Shown piece by piece: positions 10,878 through 20,652 of a stretch of 64,000 bases of DNA. The DNA is from Pirellulales bacterium (GTDB lineage Bacteria; Planctomycetota; Planctomycetia; Pirellulales; JADZDJ01), in NCBI GenBank assembly GCA_963773925.1, contig CAVZDC010000006.1, forward strand, positions 16,512-80,511, given 5' to 3'. Numbering within the stretch: position 1 is the stretch's first letter; each line of letters begins with the position of its first letter. The position numbers and the translations under genes were made by a program. The notes beneath the pieces are model-generated. The model saw only the letters and a program-made list of their open reading frames with translations, searched no databases and was not told the origin of the DNA.

Positions 10878-11480
10878 ATGATTCGTCCACTTATCCTTGC
10901 GATCACCGGCGCCAGCGGCGCGGCCTATGCCGTGCGGCTGTTGGACATTTTGCTGGGCGCCGATCGCACGGTATTCCTCACAATCAGTCCCTCAGGGCAG
11001 GCGGTTTTGAAAGAAGAGCTGGGAGTCAGCGTCAGCCTCGATGAATTTTCGGCTGCCACATTACTGCGCAGCGAAAAACAGCGCGGCAAGATCTGCTATT
11101 GCCATTACCAAGATCTATTGTCGCCCATCGCCAGCGGCTCGTTCCTGACCGACGGCATGATAGTGTGCCCCTGCTCCGGCAGCACGATGGGGGCCATCGC
11201 CCACTCGATCGGCAGCAATCTGATCCACCGCGCGGCCGAAGTGCATCTGAAGGAGCGCCGGAAGTTGATTCTCGTGCCGCGCGAAACCCCGCTTTCGCTG
11301 CCGCAGATCGACAACATGCGCAAGGCCACCGAAGCCGGCGCCGTGGTGCTGCCGGCCAGCCCGGGCTTCTATCACCAGCCAAAATCCATTGACGATCTGG
11401 TCGATTTCGTTGTGGGACGCATCTGCGATCAACTGGGCATCGAACAACAATTGATCGAGCGTTGGGGCAGTCGCCCGTAG
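10878..11480 (+). CDS. ubiX: Flavin prenyltransferase
   Basis: ITGASG, IASGS, PCS, NLIHRAAEVHLKERRKLILVPRETP. Confidence 0.95.
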   Translation: MIRPLILAITGASGAAYAVRLLDILLGADRTVFLTISPSGQAVLKEELGVSVSLDEFSAATLLRSEKQRGKICYCHYQDLLSPIASGSFLTDGMIVCPCSGSTMGAIAHSIGSNLIHRAAEVHLKERRKLILVPRETPLSLPQIDNMRKATEAGAVVLPASPGFYHQPKSIDDLVDFVVGRICDQLGIEQQLIERWGSRP

Positions 11481-11540
11481 CCCCCGGCTCCGTCGGCGGT
11501 GCCGTCACTGGTGAGCCATCCCGATCCGTCCAGCACCACC

Positions 11541-12449
11541 ATGCTCACCCGCATCCGCCACCTGCTGGAACTCATCCGCTTCAGTCACACGATCTTCGCC
11601 CTGCCGTTTGCGATTCTCGCGGCGCTAATGGCCTGGCGACGAAACGCGATCGATTGGCCGTCCCAACCCGCGTGGCGCTGGCAGGAAGTGGCGGGCATTT
11701 TGCTCTGCATGGTTGCGGCGCGCAGTGCCGCGATGGCGTTCAATCGCTTGGCCGATCGGAAAATCGATGCACTCAATCCACGCACCGCCGCACGACACCT
11801 TCCCGCCGGAATTCTTAGCGTGGGCAGTGTGTGGCTCTTTGCGGCTGCCTGCAGCCTGGTCCTCATCGCCAGCACGCTGTTGTTTCTGCCGAATCGCCTG
11901 CCACTGTATCTCTCGGTTCCCACGCTGCTGTTCCTGCTCGGATACAGTTACACTAAGCGATTCACGCTAGTCGCCCATTTCTGGCTTGGGGCGTGCTTGG
12001 GCCTTGCCCCGATCATGGCCTGGATTGCCATTCGCGGGCAGTGGGTCACGCAGCGACCGGCCGATTTACTGCCAGTGGTGTTCTTGGGCGGCGCGGTGAT
12101 GATGTGGGTCGCCGGCTTCGACATCCTCTATGCCTGCCAGGATGTCGAATTCGACCGCGCTCAAAACCTGCATAGCATTCCCGCCCGCTTCGGCGTGAAA
12201 GCCTCGCTGGACGTCGCCGCCAGTTGCCACTTCCTGATGGTAGTTCTTCTCGCCGCCGTGCCATTTGTGTATCCTGTCTTCGATAGCCTGTGGTGGGTCG
12301 GCGTGGTGGCCATCGCCGCCTTGCTGATCTACGAGCACCGGCTCGTGAAGCCCGACGATCTGGCCCGGGTGAATGCGGCGTTTTTCAATGTGAACGCGGT
12401 GGTCAGCGTGGGATTATTGATAATCGGCGCGTTGGATCTTTGGTTGTAG
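11541..12449 (+). CDS. ubiA: UbiA-family polyprenyltransferase, MqnP-like (futalosine pathway)
   Basis: IRFSHTIFALPFA, ARSAAMAFNRLADRKIDALNPRT, GFDILYACQD..FD, AFFNVN; context with mqnE and ubiX. Confidence 0.9.
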   Translation: MLTRIRHLLELIRFSHTIFALPFAILAALMAWRRNAIDWPSQPAWRWQEVAGILLCMVAARSAAMAFNRLADRKIDALNPRTAARHLPAGILSVGSVWLFAAACSLVLIASTLLFLPNRLPLYLSVPTLLFLLGYSYTKRFTLVAHFWLGACLGLAPIMAWIAIRGQWVTQRPADLLPVVFLGGAVMMWVAGFDILYACQDVEFDRAQNLHSIPARFGVKASLDVAASCHFLMVVLLAAVPFVYPVFDSLWWVGVVAIAALLIYEHRLVKPDDLARVNAAFFNVNAVVSVGLLIIGALDLWL

Positions 12450-12458
12450 GAGGCATCT

Positions 12459-13590
12459 GTGGCGAAACCGACACTCCAAGTAATCCTGCGCCAAAATCGA
12501 AGCCGGCGATCGGCTGTCGATGGACGAAGGCCTGCTGCTCTCTTCCCCCGAAGTCCACCTCAACGAGCTAGGCGAGTTGGCCAACCTGGTGCGCGAGCGC
12601 AAAAACGGCAACCGCGCCTACTACAACATCAACACGCATCTGAATCCCACCAACGTGTGTGTGTATCGCTGCGTGTTCTGTGCCTTCCGGGCCGACCTGC
12701 GCGATCAACAGCACGGCTACATGATGAGCGACGAGCAGATTCTGGCCCGCGGCCAGGAAGCCGTCGACGCCGGCTGCACCGAAATGCACATCGTCGGCGG
12801 GCTGCACCATCAGATGAAGTTCGATTGGTATCTGAACCTCATCCGCATGTTGCACGACCACTATCCGTCGCTGCATTTGAAGGCCTGGACGGCCGTCGAA
12901 ATCAACTGGTTCACGCATCTCACCAAGCGCAGCGTGCGCGAAGTGCTCCAAGAGCTACTCGACGCTGGCCTCGGCAGCCTGCCCGGCGGTGGAGCGGAAA
13001 TCTTCCATCCCGAGGTCCGCGACCAAATCTGCGAACACAAGGCCGATGCCCACAACTGGCTGGAAATCCACCGCACTGCCCACGAGTTGGGCCTGCGCAC
13101 CAACGCCACCATGCTCTACGGCCACCTGGAAAACGCCTATCACCGCATCGACCATCTGTTGCGGCTGCGCGAACTCCAGGACGAAACCGGCGGCTTCCAA
13201 ACCTTCATCCCGCTGGCGTTCCACCCGGAGAACACGAAGCTCAGCCACATCAAAAAGCCGTCGGCCCTGATGGACCTGCGCACGATGGCCGTCAGCCGGC
13301 TGATGCTCGACAACTTCGATCACATCAAAGCCTACTGGATCATGCTCGGCATCGGCACGGCGCAAACCGCGCTCGCCTATGGGGCCGACGATCTCGATGG
13401 CACAGTGCGCCACGAGCTGATCTATCACGACGCCGGCGCCGTCACGCCCGAAGTGCTCACCGTCGAGCAAATTCGCCGGCTAATCATCGAAGCCGGCCGC
13501 GAGCCCGTCGAGCGCGACACGCTCTATCATCGTGTCGAGCGCAACGGCGCGCACTGGAGCGCCGGCGAACAACTGCTGGCCGCGCGTTGA
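12459..13590 (+). CDS. mqnE: Aminofutalosine synthase (radical SAM), frameshift near 12490
   Basis: AGGAGG RBS before GTG; NPTNVCVYRCVFCAF, HLKAWTAVE, PGGGAEIF, NATMLYGH, HIKAYW. Confidence 0.9.
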
Positions 13591-13632
13591 TTGCGGCCAG
13601 TCCGCATGTTTGCTGAAACCTGCGCGGCGCCC

Positions 13633-13914
13633 TTAAACGAAGCGCACCATCACGTAGGCCAAAACGCCGACGGCCGCCAGCACCGCCACGCCCAAAATGC
13701 GGCTAAACGGCAGGATGAAGCGATCCACGTCGATGCGCCGATCCAGCGCCGTCGTCACCTTGCTGGTGTCGACCCACAACGCGCCGCGGGTGGCCAACAT
13801 GTTGAACCGTGTCGGGCTCATCACGGCCAGAAGTCCAACGCAACCAATCACTGCCAACGCTACCCACAACAGGCCTTGCGTGAATGTACTGGCTAAAAGT
13901 GCTCCGCCGATCAT
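13633..13914 (-). CDS. Small hypothetical membrane protein (2 TM)
   Basis: GGAG upstream; two hydrophobic helices around WVDT...DRRIDVD. Confidence 0.6.
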   Translation of the reverse strand: MIGGALLASTFTQGLLWVALAVIGCVGLLAVMSPTRFNMLATRGALWVDTSKVTTALDRRIDVDRFILPFSRILGVAVLAAVGVLAYVMVRFV

Positions 13915-14080
13915 GATTTATCTCCAGGAAAATTGTTGACGCGAAGAAGGTGTCGCGAAGAATCTGCGAAAACGTACTTTGTGCCATTCCAGCGGTCAAA
14001 CGCGGCGTCGGCAGGGTCGGCAGAACCGGCACCAGCGGCATTCACCTAGGCGAAGACGGATATCTCGTCTGTTGCTCGAA

Positions 14081-16198
14081 TTAACCAACGTCGCCTAAAT
14101 CCAACGCCTGCCCGTAGCGGGAAATGACCTGCTTTCGCAGACTTTGATGTTCCGGCTGCGACAGGCCCGGATCGGCCGCCACAAGTTGCCGGGCATCGTC
14201 GCGGGCCTCCTTCACAATCGCCGCGTCTCGCACCAAATCGGCCATGTGAAACGGCGGCAGACCATGCTGCTTGGTGCCCAACAGTTCGCCGGGACCGCGT
14301 AGTTGAAAATCGAGTTCGGCCAATTGGAAACCATCCGTCGTGCCCACGAAGGCCTGCAGGCGCTCTTGCGCCTCGTCGGTCGGCTCATCGGCGAACACGC
14401 AGCAGCAGCCCGGAAACTTGCCCCGCGCTATGCGGCCACGCATCTGATGCAATTGAGCCAGTCCAAATCGGTCGGCACCCAGAATCGTCATCAACGTAGC
14501 GTTGGGCACGTCGATCCCCACTTCCACCACGGAGGTGGCCACCAATACCTGCGTGCGGCCCGCGTCGAACTCCGCTAGCGCCGCGTCTTTCTCTTCCCCG
14601 CTCATGCGGCCGTGGACCAGTCCCAGCCGAAACGCATCCAACTCGCCGTGGGCTAGTTCCTCGAAGGTGGTTTGCAAGTTGGCGGTTTCCACTTGATCCG
14701 ATTCCTCCACCAGCGGCACAATCACGTATCCTTGCCGCCCGCTACGCAAATGACTTCGATAAAAATCCCACCATTTCGCGCGGTTTTCTCCCTCGGCCAA
14801 ATACGTGTGGATCGGCTGCCGTCCCGGCGGACTGGCTGCGATGGTTGAAATATCCAAATCGCCATACAGCGTCAGGGCGATCGTGCGCGGAATCGGCGTC
14901 GCGGTCATTACCAAATAGTGCGGATCGGCCCCGGCTTGCTTCAGCGTGGCGCGTTGGCGGACGCCAAAGCGATGCTGTTCGTCGATCACCACCAGGCCAA
15001 GCTGCTTGAACTGCGCCTCGCCGTAAAGAATCGCTTGCGTGCCGATGATTAAATCGATTTCTCCGGCCGCTAGTTTTTTCAAGGTTTCCTGGCGCTCGCG
15101 CGCCGTGAGCCCACCGCTGAGCAGCGCCATTCGCACGCGGCTTTTTGCCAGCAGTTTTTCCAGCATGTGAAAATGCTGCCGGGCGAGCACTTCGGTCGGC
15201 GCCATCAGCGCCGCTTGCGCCGTGGGCCACCGCCAACAACATCGCGTACACCGCCACCACTGTCTTGCCGCACGCGACGTCCCCCTGCAGCAGGCGGTTC
15301 ATCGGCGTGGCGCGCGCCATGTCGGCCGCAATTTCGTCGATCGCCTTTCGCTGTGCCGCGGTCAATTCAAACGGCAGCAGCCGGGTGATGCGCGAATCGA
15401 TCTGCGCTGTAACCTGCAGCGGCGGCGCTTGTCCGCGTGTTTCCTGCAAATTCCGCTTCAGGGCCATCCCCAATTGCAGAATCAACATTTCCTGATAGAT
15501 GAACCGCCGCCGGGCCAACTGCAAATTCTCGCGACTCGTGGGGAAATGAATCTCGCGCAGCGCTGCCGCAATCGGCATCAACCGGTGCTCCGCCAAATAC
15601 GCGTCGGCAAACCGTTCCTCGACCAAATCCGCATACGCATCAATCGCATGCCGCGCAATGTGCCGCAATTGCCCCTGTTTCACTCCCTCGGTTAGCGCAT
15701 AAACCGGCAACAGTTCCCCCCGGGCGCATCTCCTTCCTCGGCATCGATCCACTGCACGCGCGGATGCGCCATCTCCCACCGTTGCCCCTTGCGCCGTGGC
15801 TTGCCCGACAGCAACACGTCCTGCCCCTGCCGAAACTTCTCGGCCATGAACGGCATATTGAACCACACCGCCCGCAAGAATAGCCGCCCGCACTGCACGA
15901 GTACTCCTAACATCGACCGCCCCATCCCAGTGGCGCGGAGCTCGATTTCCGTCACCGTCCCGCGCACGCTCTGCAGCTTGTCTTCCTCAAGCTGCTCGAT
16001 GGGTCGCAAATCGCTCAGGTCCTGATAATCGCGCGGAAAATTAAACAACACATCCGCCGCCGTCCGCAGTCCCAGCCGCTCCATCAACTTCGCCCGATCC
16101 GGCCCCACCCCTTTCAAAAACTGGACCGGCGTGGCCAGTTGCTCGGCCGCCGACTTCGCGAAATTTCCAGCACGGTTGGTGGCCGATGATGTGCTCAC
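14081..16198 (-). CDS. recG: ATP-dependent DNA helicase RecG, frameshifts near 15215 and 15720
   Basis: LKGVGP, wedge OB domain, RLLQGDVxxGKT, MAPTEVLA, IDEQHRFG, MTATPIPRT, RFGLAQLHQ.RGR, RGPGE.LGTKQHG. Confidence 0.95.
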
Positions 16199-16219
16199 GA
16201 CCGAATTGTAGCAGAACGC

Positions 16220-16254
16220 CGCTTGCGGTTTAGCCGCGACGCGCCAGCGGAGCG
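16220..16254. repeat. REP-like repeat family A, copy 2
   Basis: CGCTTGCGGTTTAGCCGCGACGCGCCAGCGGAGCG; partial reverse copies at 26947-26962 and 54360-54376. Confidence 0.75.
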
Positions 16255-16261
16255 CATCGCC

Positions 16262-16287
16262 CGGGAGGGCGAAGCTCTCGCCGAGCC
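16262..16287 (+). repeat. REP-like repeat family B (GGAG-type), copy 1
   Basis: CGGGAGGGCGAAGCTCTCGCCGAGCC, 24/26 identical to the reverse complement of 18595-18620. Confidence 0.8.
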
Positions 16288-16392
16288 AAGCGCGGCCCAG
16301 GCGCAAGACACGCCCATGTAATAAAACTGTCCCCGGTGCGACTTGTACCATACCGGTATGGTAAACTGGCAGTCATCAAGCGAGTCGATTTT

Positions 16393-16800
16393 ATGGCGAA
16401 GATCACCCAAGCCGTCCCAGTTCTGCGCGTTGCCGATGTCGCTCGATCCATCGAGTGGTATAAAAGCACCCTCGATTTCGACGGCGATCCGTTTCCTCCA
16501 TCGCCGCCGTATCAGTTTGCGATTCTGCGCAACGGCGAAACCGAACTAATGCTGCGCCGCGGCGCTCCACAGGTGCGCGAGCGGCCCAAACAGTACGATT
16601 GGGATGTTTACCTGCGCCTCGACGGCGGCGATTTCCGTGGGCTGTTTGCCAGGTGCACCGCGGCGGGCATCGTCAACCGCCGCCTGGAGCAAATGTTCTA
16701 CGGCCTGGCCGAGTTCGAAATCCTCGACCCCGACGGCTACGTGATCTGCCTGAGCCAACTGCTGGCCGACCCCAGCGACCTGCCGACGCCATCCGTCTAG
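16393..16800 (+). CDS. VOC family protein (glyoxalase/bleomycin resistance-like)
   Basis: VPVLRVADVARSIEWY...LDF, FYGLAEFEILDPDGY. Confidence 0.85.
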   Translation: MAKITQAVPVLRVADVARSIEWYKSTLDFDGDPFPPSPPYQFAILRNGETELMLRRGAPQVRERPKQYDWDVYLRLDGGDFRGLFARCTAAGIVNRRLEQMFYGLAEFEILDPDGYVICLSQLLADPSDLPTPSV

Positions 16801-16843
16801 CCTCCCTCCATCTTCTTCGCGCCTTCGCGGTTCATCTGCGTCC

Positions 16844-16951
16844 TCATTCAAGCGTATGCGTGCCGTGCGTCATCGCCGCCCCGGCGCGTAGGGCCGCCGC
16901 CACCAGCGTCGTCTCCGCCAGCTCCTGCTCGGTTGCCCCCGCCTTCGCCGA
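16844..16951 (-). pseudogene. 3' remnant of a carboxymuconolactone decarboxylase/AhpD-like gene
   Basis: Not in the ORF track; hand translation gives ..AKAGATEQELAETTLVAAALRAGAAMTHGTHTLE*, a typical CMD C-terminus; the 5' part with CxxC is absent. Confidence 0.7.
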
Positions 16952-17043
16952 GCCGGTAGACCTATCTCGCGCATCGCAAGCCCTGGATCCTGTAAAATAT
17001 TGAACTCGCTATTCTCTTATCAATTCCATGAAGGCAGATTTCA

Positions 17044-17569
17044 ATGGCAATAAAAAATCTCATCTTGGCACGTTGCTGTGGCCGCGGAGGCGTTTGCGGC
17101 TGGGATGTTCGCGCGATGCGGTCTAGACGTTTCGGTACAATACGGGGCTGACCAACCTGAGTACTATTTGATAGTCGTCAAAGGAGCGCACTTACTCAAA
17201 GTTTCTGTTAAGGGAAGTCAGGATGGCAGCTGGGGGTTTGACCCAGTCTTACTTGGCGAAAGCAAACTATCACGACGCAGCTGAGAAATGGCTCATACTC
17301 CACAAACCCGGAACGGTGCTTTGCTTTGTGCAATTCAAAGATGTTCAATTTATTGAAATACCTCGAATGTATTTGGCGACTCCTGCCGAAGTCACTGCCC
17401 GACTTAAGGCGACAGCGGCTGGCCGCGGCGATAGGATTTTGTACGAAAAGAAAATGTGGGGCCACGCGCTATGGCAGCTGGGACCGCAGAGCAGATACCA
17501 GATGCGTGGGGATCCACTCCTGAACGCCTTGAAGATTTACTCGAACGCGTAGCGGCTTCGGTGGTGTGA
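17044..17569 (+). pseudogene. PD-(D/E)XK-like nuclease-fold hypothetical protein, AT-richer, about 3 frameshifts
   Basis: Joined frames read SWHVAVAAEAFAAGMFARCGLDVSVQYGADQPEYxLIV..LKVSVKGSQDGSWGLTQSYL...PRMYLATP...ILYEKK; visibly more AT-rich than its flanks. Confidence 0.5.
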
Positions 17570-17598
17570 ATAACTGACGCCATTCGACCTTTAGTCCA

Positions 17599-18592
17599 AT
17601 GAAACTTCTCATCACCGGCTCCAGTGGTCACCTCGGCGAAGGATTGATGCGCACGCTGCAGGGCTCAGCGCATGAAGTCGTCGGCATCGATCTGAAAGAG
17701 TCGCAGTTTACGACACACGTTGGCACGATTGCCGATCGTGACTTTGTGCGGCGGTGCATGCATGGGGTGGATGCGGTGATTCACACCGCCACGCTGCATA
17801 AGCCGCACATTGGCACCCACTCGAAGCAGGATTTCATTGATACGAACATCACCGGCACGCTGAATTTGTTGGAGGAGGCGGTGGCGGCCGGCGTGTCGGC
17901 GTTTATCTTTACTAGCACCACCAGTGCGTTCGGACGGGCGCTGCAGCCGCCGCCGGGGGTGCCGGCGGCTTGGATTACCGAGGACGTGCGGCCGATTTCA
18001 AAAAACATCTATGGGGCGACCAAACTTGCCGCCGAGGATTTGTGCGAGCTGGTGCATCGGGAGCACAAGCTGCCCTGCTTGATTCTGCGAACCTCGCGGT
18101 TCTTTCCGGAGGCGGACGATAACCCGGAAGTCCGCGGGGCGTATGAAGATGCCAATGTGAAGGCCAACGAGTTTCTGCACCGCCGGGTGGATGTGCAGGA
18201 CGTGGTCGATGCGCATCTGTCTGGCGCTGGAAAAGGCCGCGTCGATCGGTTTCGGCAAGTACATCATCAGTGCGACTTCGCCGCTAGGGCAAAGCGACCT
18301 GGCCGAACTGCGCAGCGACTGCCCGAAAGTGGTCGAGCGATATGTTCCGGAGTATACCAAGGTCTATTCTCGTCTCGGATGGAAAATGTTCCCCAGCATC
18401 GGCCGGGTGTATGTGAACGAGCGCGCCCGCAAAGAACTTGACTGGCAGCCAAAATTCGATTTTCGCCGGATCGTCGAATGTTTGAAAAAAGGCGAACCGC
18501 CGCGCAGCCTGCTAGCGCAAGCGATTGGCGCGAAGGGCTATCACGGCCAGAAGTTTGAGGGGATGTATCCAGTTGTGACGGCCCGAGAGTAA
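17599..18592 (+). CDS. NAD-dependent epimerase/dehydratase (extended SDR), frameshift near 18220
   Basis: LITGSSGHLG, HTATLHKPH, TSTTS, YGATK, RTSRFF. Confidence 0.9.
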
Positions 18593-18594
18593 GC

Positions 18595-18620
18595 GGCTCG
18601 GCGGGAGCCTCGCCCTCCCG
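18595..18620 (-). repeat. REP-like repeat family B, copy 2
   Basis: GGCTCGGCGGGAGCCTCGCCCTCCCG, identical to 28007-28032. Confidence 0.8.
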
Positions 18621-18679
18621 CACATCACCCCCGGGCCGAGCCCGGGGCTAACTGTCCACGGACAGCGGGACCACGCCCG

Positions 18680-19135
18680 CTATCCCTGGCCGCCGATGTC
18701 GCGCTGCATCGCTTCTTGCGTCAGGTCGGCTTCGCGGCGGTGGTGGTCGTCGAGCTTCATCAGCAAGTCTTCCAGGTCGAGGCAGGCTTTCTCGATGCCG
18801 GTTTTGTCGGTTGGCGCCAGATGTTCCAACCGTAGCACCAAGCGGTGCATCGACTCTTCGAACTTGTCGTGTTCCAAAAGCAGGGCCTGCACTTTTTCGG
18901 CGATGGCCGGCATCGCTTCCACGGCGTCGGTCATGAAGCCATCTTGCTCCTTCAGCGCCATGATCCGTTCCAAATGCCGCTGAAACGACTGGGCGATGAA
19001 ACGCAAACTGGAAAGCTTGCGAGAAAAATCGGTGCCGCCGGGCTTCCAATCCATCACGGTGCGCAAAGCCCCGATGATGTGCTTCAAAGCTTCGTGTTCG
19101 ATAAATGCCTGTTGAGCGCCTTCTTGCTGCATCAT
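18680..19135 (-). CDS. Hemerythrin-like four-helix protein
   Basis: Helical; His/Glu pattern EHE...RH...EHD...HHRRE; C-terminal DIGGQG. Confidence 0.7.
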   Translation of the reverse strand: MMQQEGAQQAFIEHEALKHIIGALRTVMDWKPGGTDFSRKLSSLRFIAQSFQRHLERIMALKEQDGFMTDAVEAMPAIAEKVQALLLEHDKFEESMHRLVLRLEHLAPTDKTGIEKACLDLEDLLMKLDDHHRREADLTQEAMQRDIGGQG

Positions 19136-19320
19136 GGCGATAATTCCCCGTCAAAAAACCGCGCCCCAGGTCGGGTTTTGGTCGATCTAAATATTGGCAA
19201 ACCAGATGGACAAAGCCACCCGTTAAAGTGTACACTTTGTGGTTCGGAAATAAACGGCCCCGGCGGCCAGCGGCGGCGTGCGTCAGGGGGTTCGATCAAC
19301 ACACTTGTAAAGGAGGGAAA

Positions 19321-19515
19321 GTGGTTAAGCTTACGGTTCGGGATCGCGAGTCGATTCAGGAAGCGGTGCGTCGCTTCCGCAAATTGGTGGAACGCAGCGG
19401 CATCAAAAAAGAAATGCGTCGACGCGAATATTACGAAAAACCGAGCGAAGTTCGCCGCCGCGCCCGGCTACGCGCAGAACGCCGCACCCGTCGCACGAAA
19501 CCGATCGGCGCCTAG
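19321..19515 (+). CDS. rpsU: 30S ribosomal protein bS21
   Basis: AAGGAGG RBS, GTG start; [12 protein letters not shown]...REYYEKPSE. Confidence 0.95.
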   Translation: MVKLTVRDRESIQEAVRRFRKLVERSGIKKEMRRREYYEKPSEVRRRARLRAERRTRRTKPIGA

Positions 19516-19669
19516 GAAGGTGATTCCGGTTGGGCGCAAATCAATTCAGGGCAGTTTTTCTCCCGTCAGTGCCAGCGATTTCAGGCTGCGCTAGCCCTGT
19601 GCGCCGTCGGGTAATCGGTTGTGCTCGCCGTCGACAACGCGACGAGCTCGACACGGGAAAGCCCGGCCC

Positions 19670-20452
19670 TTAGCGCTGGGCCATTTTTACGGTCAGCAAA
19701 TCGAGCTGGCCTTTGAGATCGGCCAACAGCAGTTGCGGATTGGCGCCGGCGGCCATGTGGGCATAGAACGATTGCGCCGGGCCGCTGTGGGTGCTGCGCA
19801 ACAGCGTAGTGGCGTGGTCGATCTCCTGCAGCCGATGATCGACGTCGTCCAGCGTATCGGCGGTGTGGCGATTGGCTTGCCATAGGGAATCTAACTGCAA
19901 GACCAATCCCAATAACAGGCCGAATTGTCCGGCCAGCGCCATCGGCATGCCTAAGTTCCAAAGCTCGTTACGGCCGGCCAACAGTGCCCAGCCCAAGAGC
20001 ATTCCGCCGCACACGAAGGCCATCAGGCCCAGCGATAAAATCAGCCAGGCGACCGTCGAATGGCGGCGGCGCTTCACAGTTGGCGTCGCCGCACGAGCCG
20101 ATTGCAACTGTACTTGGAGTGTCGATGCGGCATTCCACATGGCAGCCGGCTGGTCGATTTCTTCGGCCGGCAATGCGTTGGTTTTTTTTCCGTAGCGGCT
20201 TTGCAGCCGGCGAAATTCTTCGTCCAACAGCCAATCCTCGCCGCTGACATCCGGTGGATCCGCGACCGCGGTGGGCGCTCCGCCGGCGCACCGTCGAGTT
20301 CCAAACCCCACTCCGACATTTCCGAAATTGCTTCGGGACTGGTGGTTTGCATGTCGGCCACTTCGGCCGCGCAGGCCGCAGCGCGCGCAGCAGGCCAGAT
20401 CGTCGCCCGAGGCGATCACAGGAACATCTTGTTGACAGTTGGAGCACCACAT
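19670..20452 (-). CDS. Hypothetical protein with N-terminal zinc ribbon and 2 TM helices
   Basis: MWCSNCQQD...CCARCG, hydrophobic hairpin, C-terminal LLLADLKGQLDLL; internal compensating indels possible. Confidence 0.7.
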   Translation of the reverse strand: MWCSNCQQDVPVIASGDDLACCARCGLRGRSGRHANHQSRSNFGNVGVGFGTRRCAGGAPTAVADPPDVSGEDWLLDEEFRRLQSRYGKKTNALPAEEIDQPAAMWNAASTLQVQLQSARAATPTVKRRRHSTVAWLILSLGLMAFVCGGMLLGWALLAGRNELWNLGMPMALAGQFGLLLGLVLQLDSLWQANRHTADTLDDVDHRLQEIDHATTLLRSTHSGPAQSFYAHMAAGANPQLLLADLKGQLDLLTVKMAQR

Positions 20453-20652
20453 AGGAAAGCCGATTCGAGTTTTCGCTGGCGGCGCGTGCGCAAGACTTTG
20501 CCGCGCTCTTAAGAATCGGCTTTTGGCGCGGCAAACTGTAGCGGTTTCGCAAAATCTATGGGTTGCTGAGAGATTGCCGGCGCTGAGGCAGGTTGGGCAA
20601 CACATTCACAAATGCCAGCGTGAAGAATGCCTGTCGGAGTCACGCTATCAAG

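Noticed and set aside
15262-15290. Variant RecG Walker A (GDVACGKT)
   Set aside because: GKT is intact and the difference could be a base-call error
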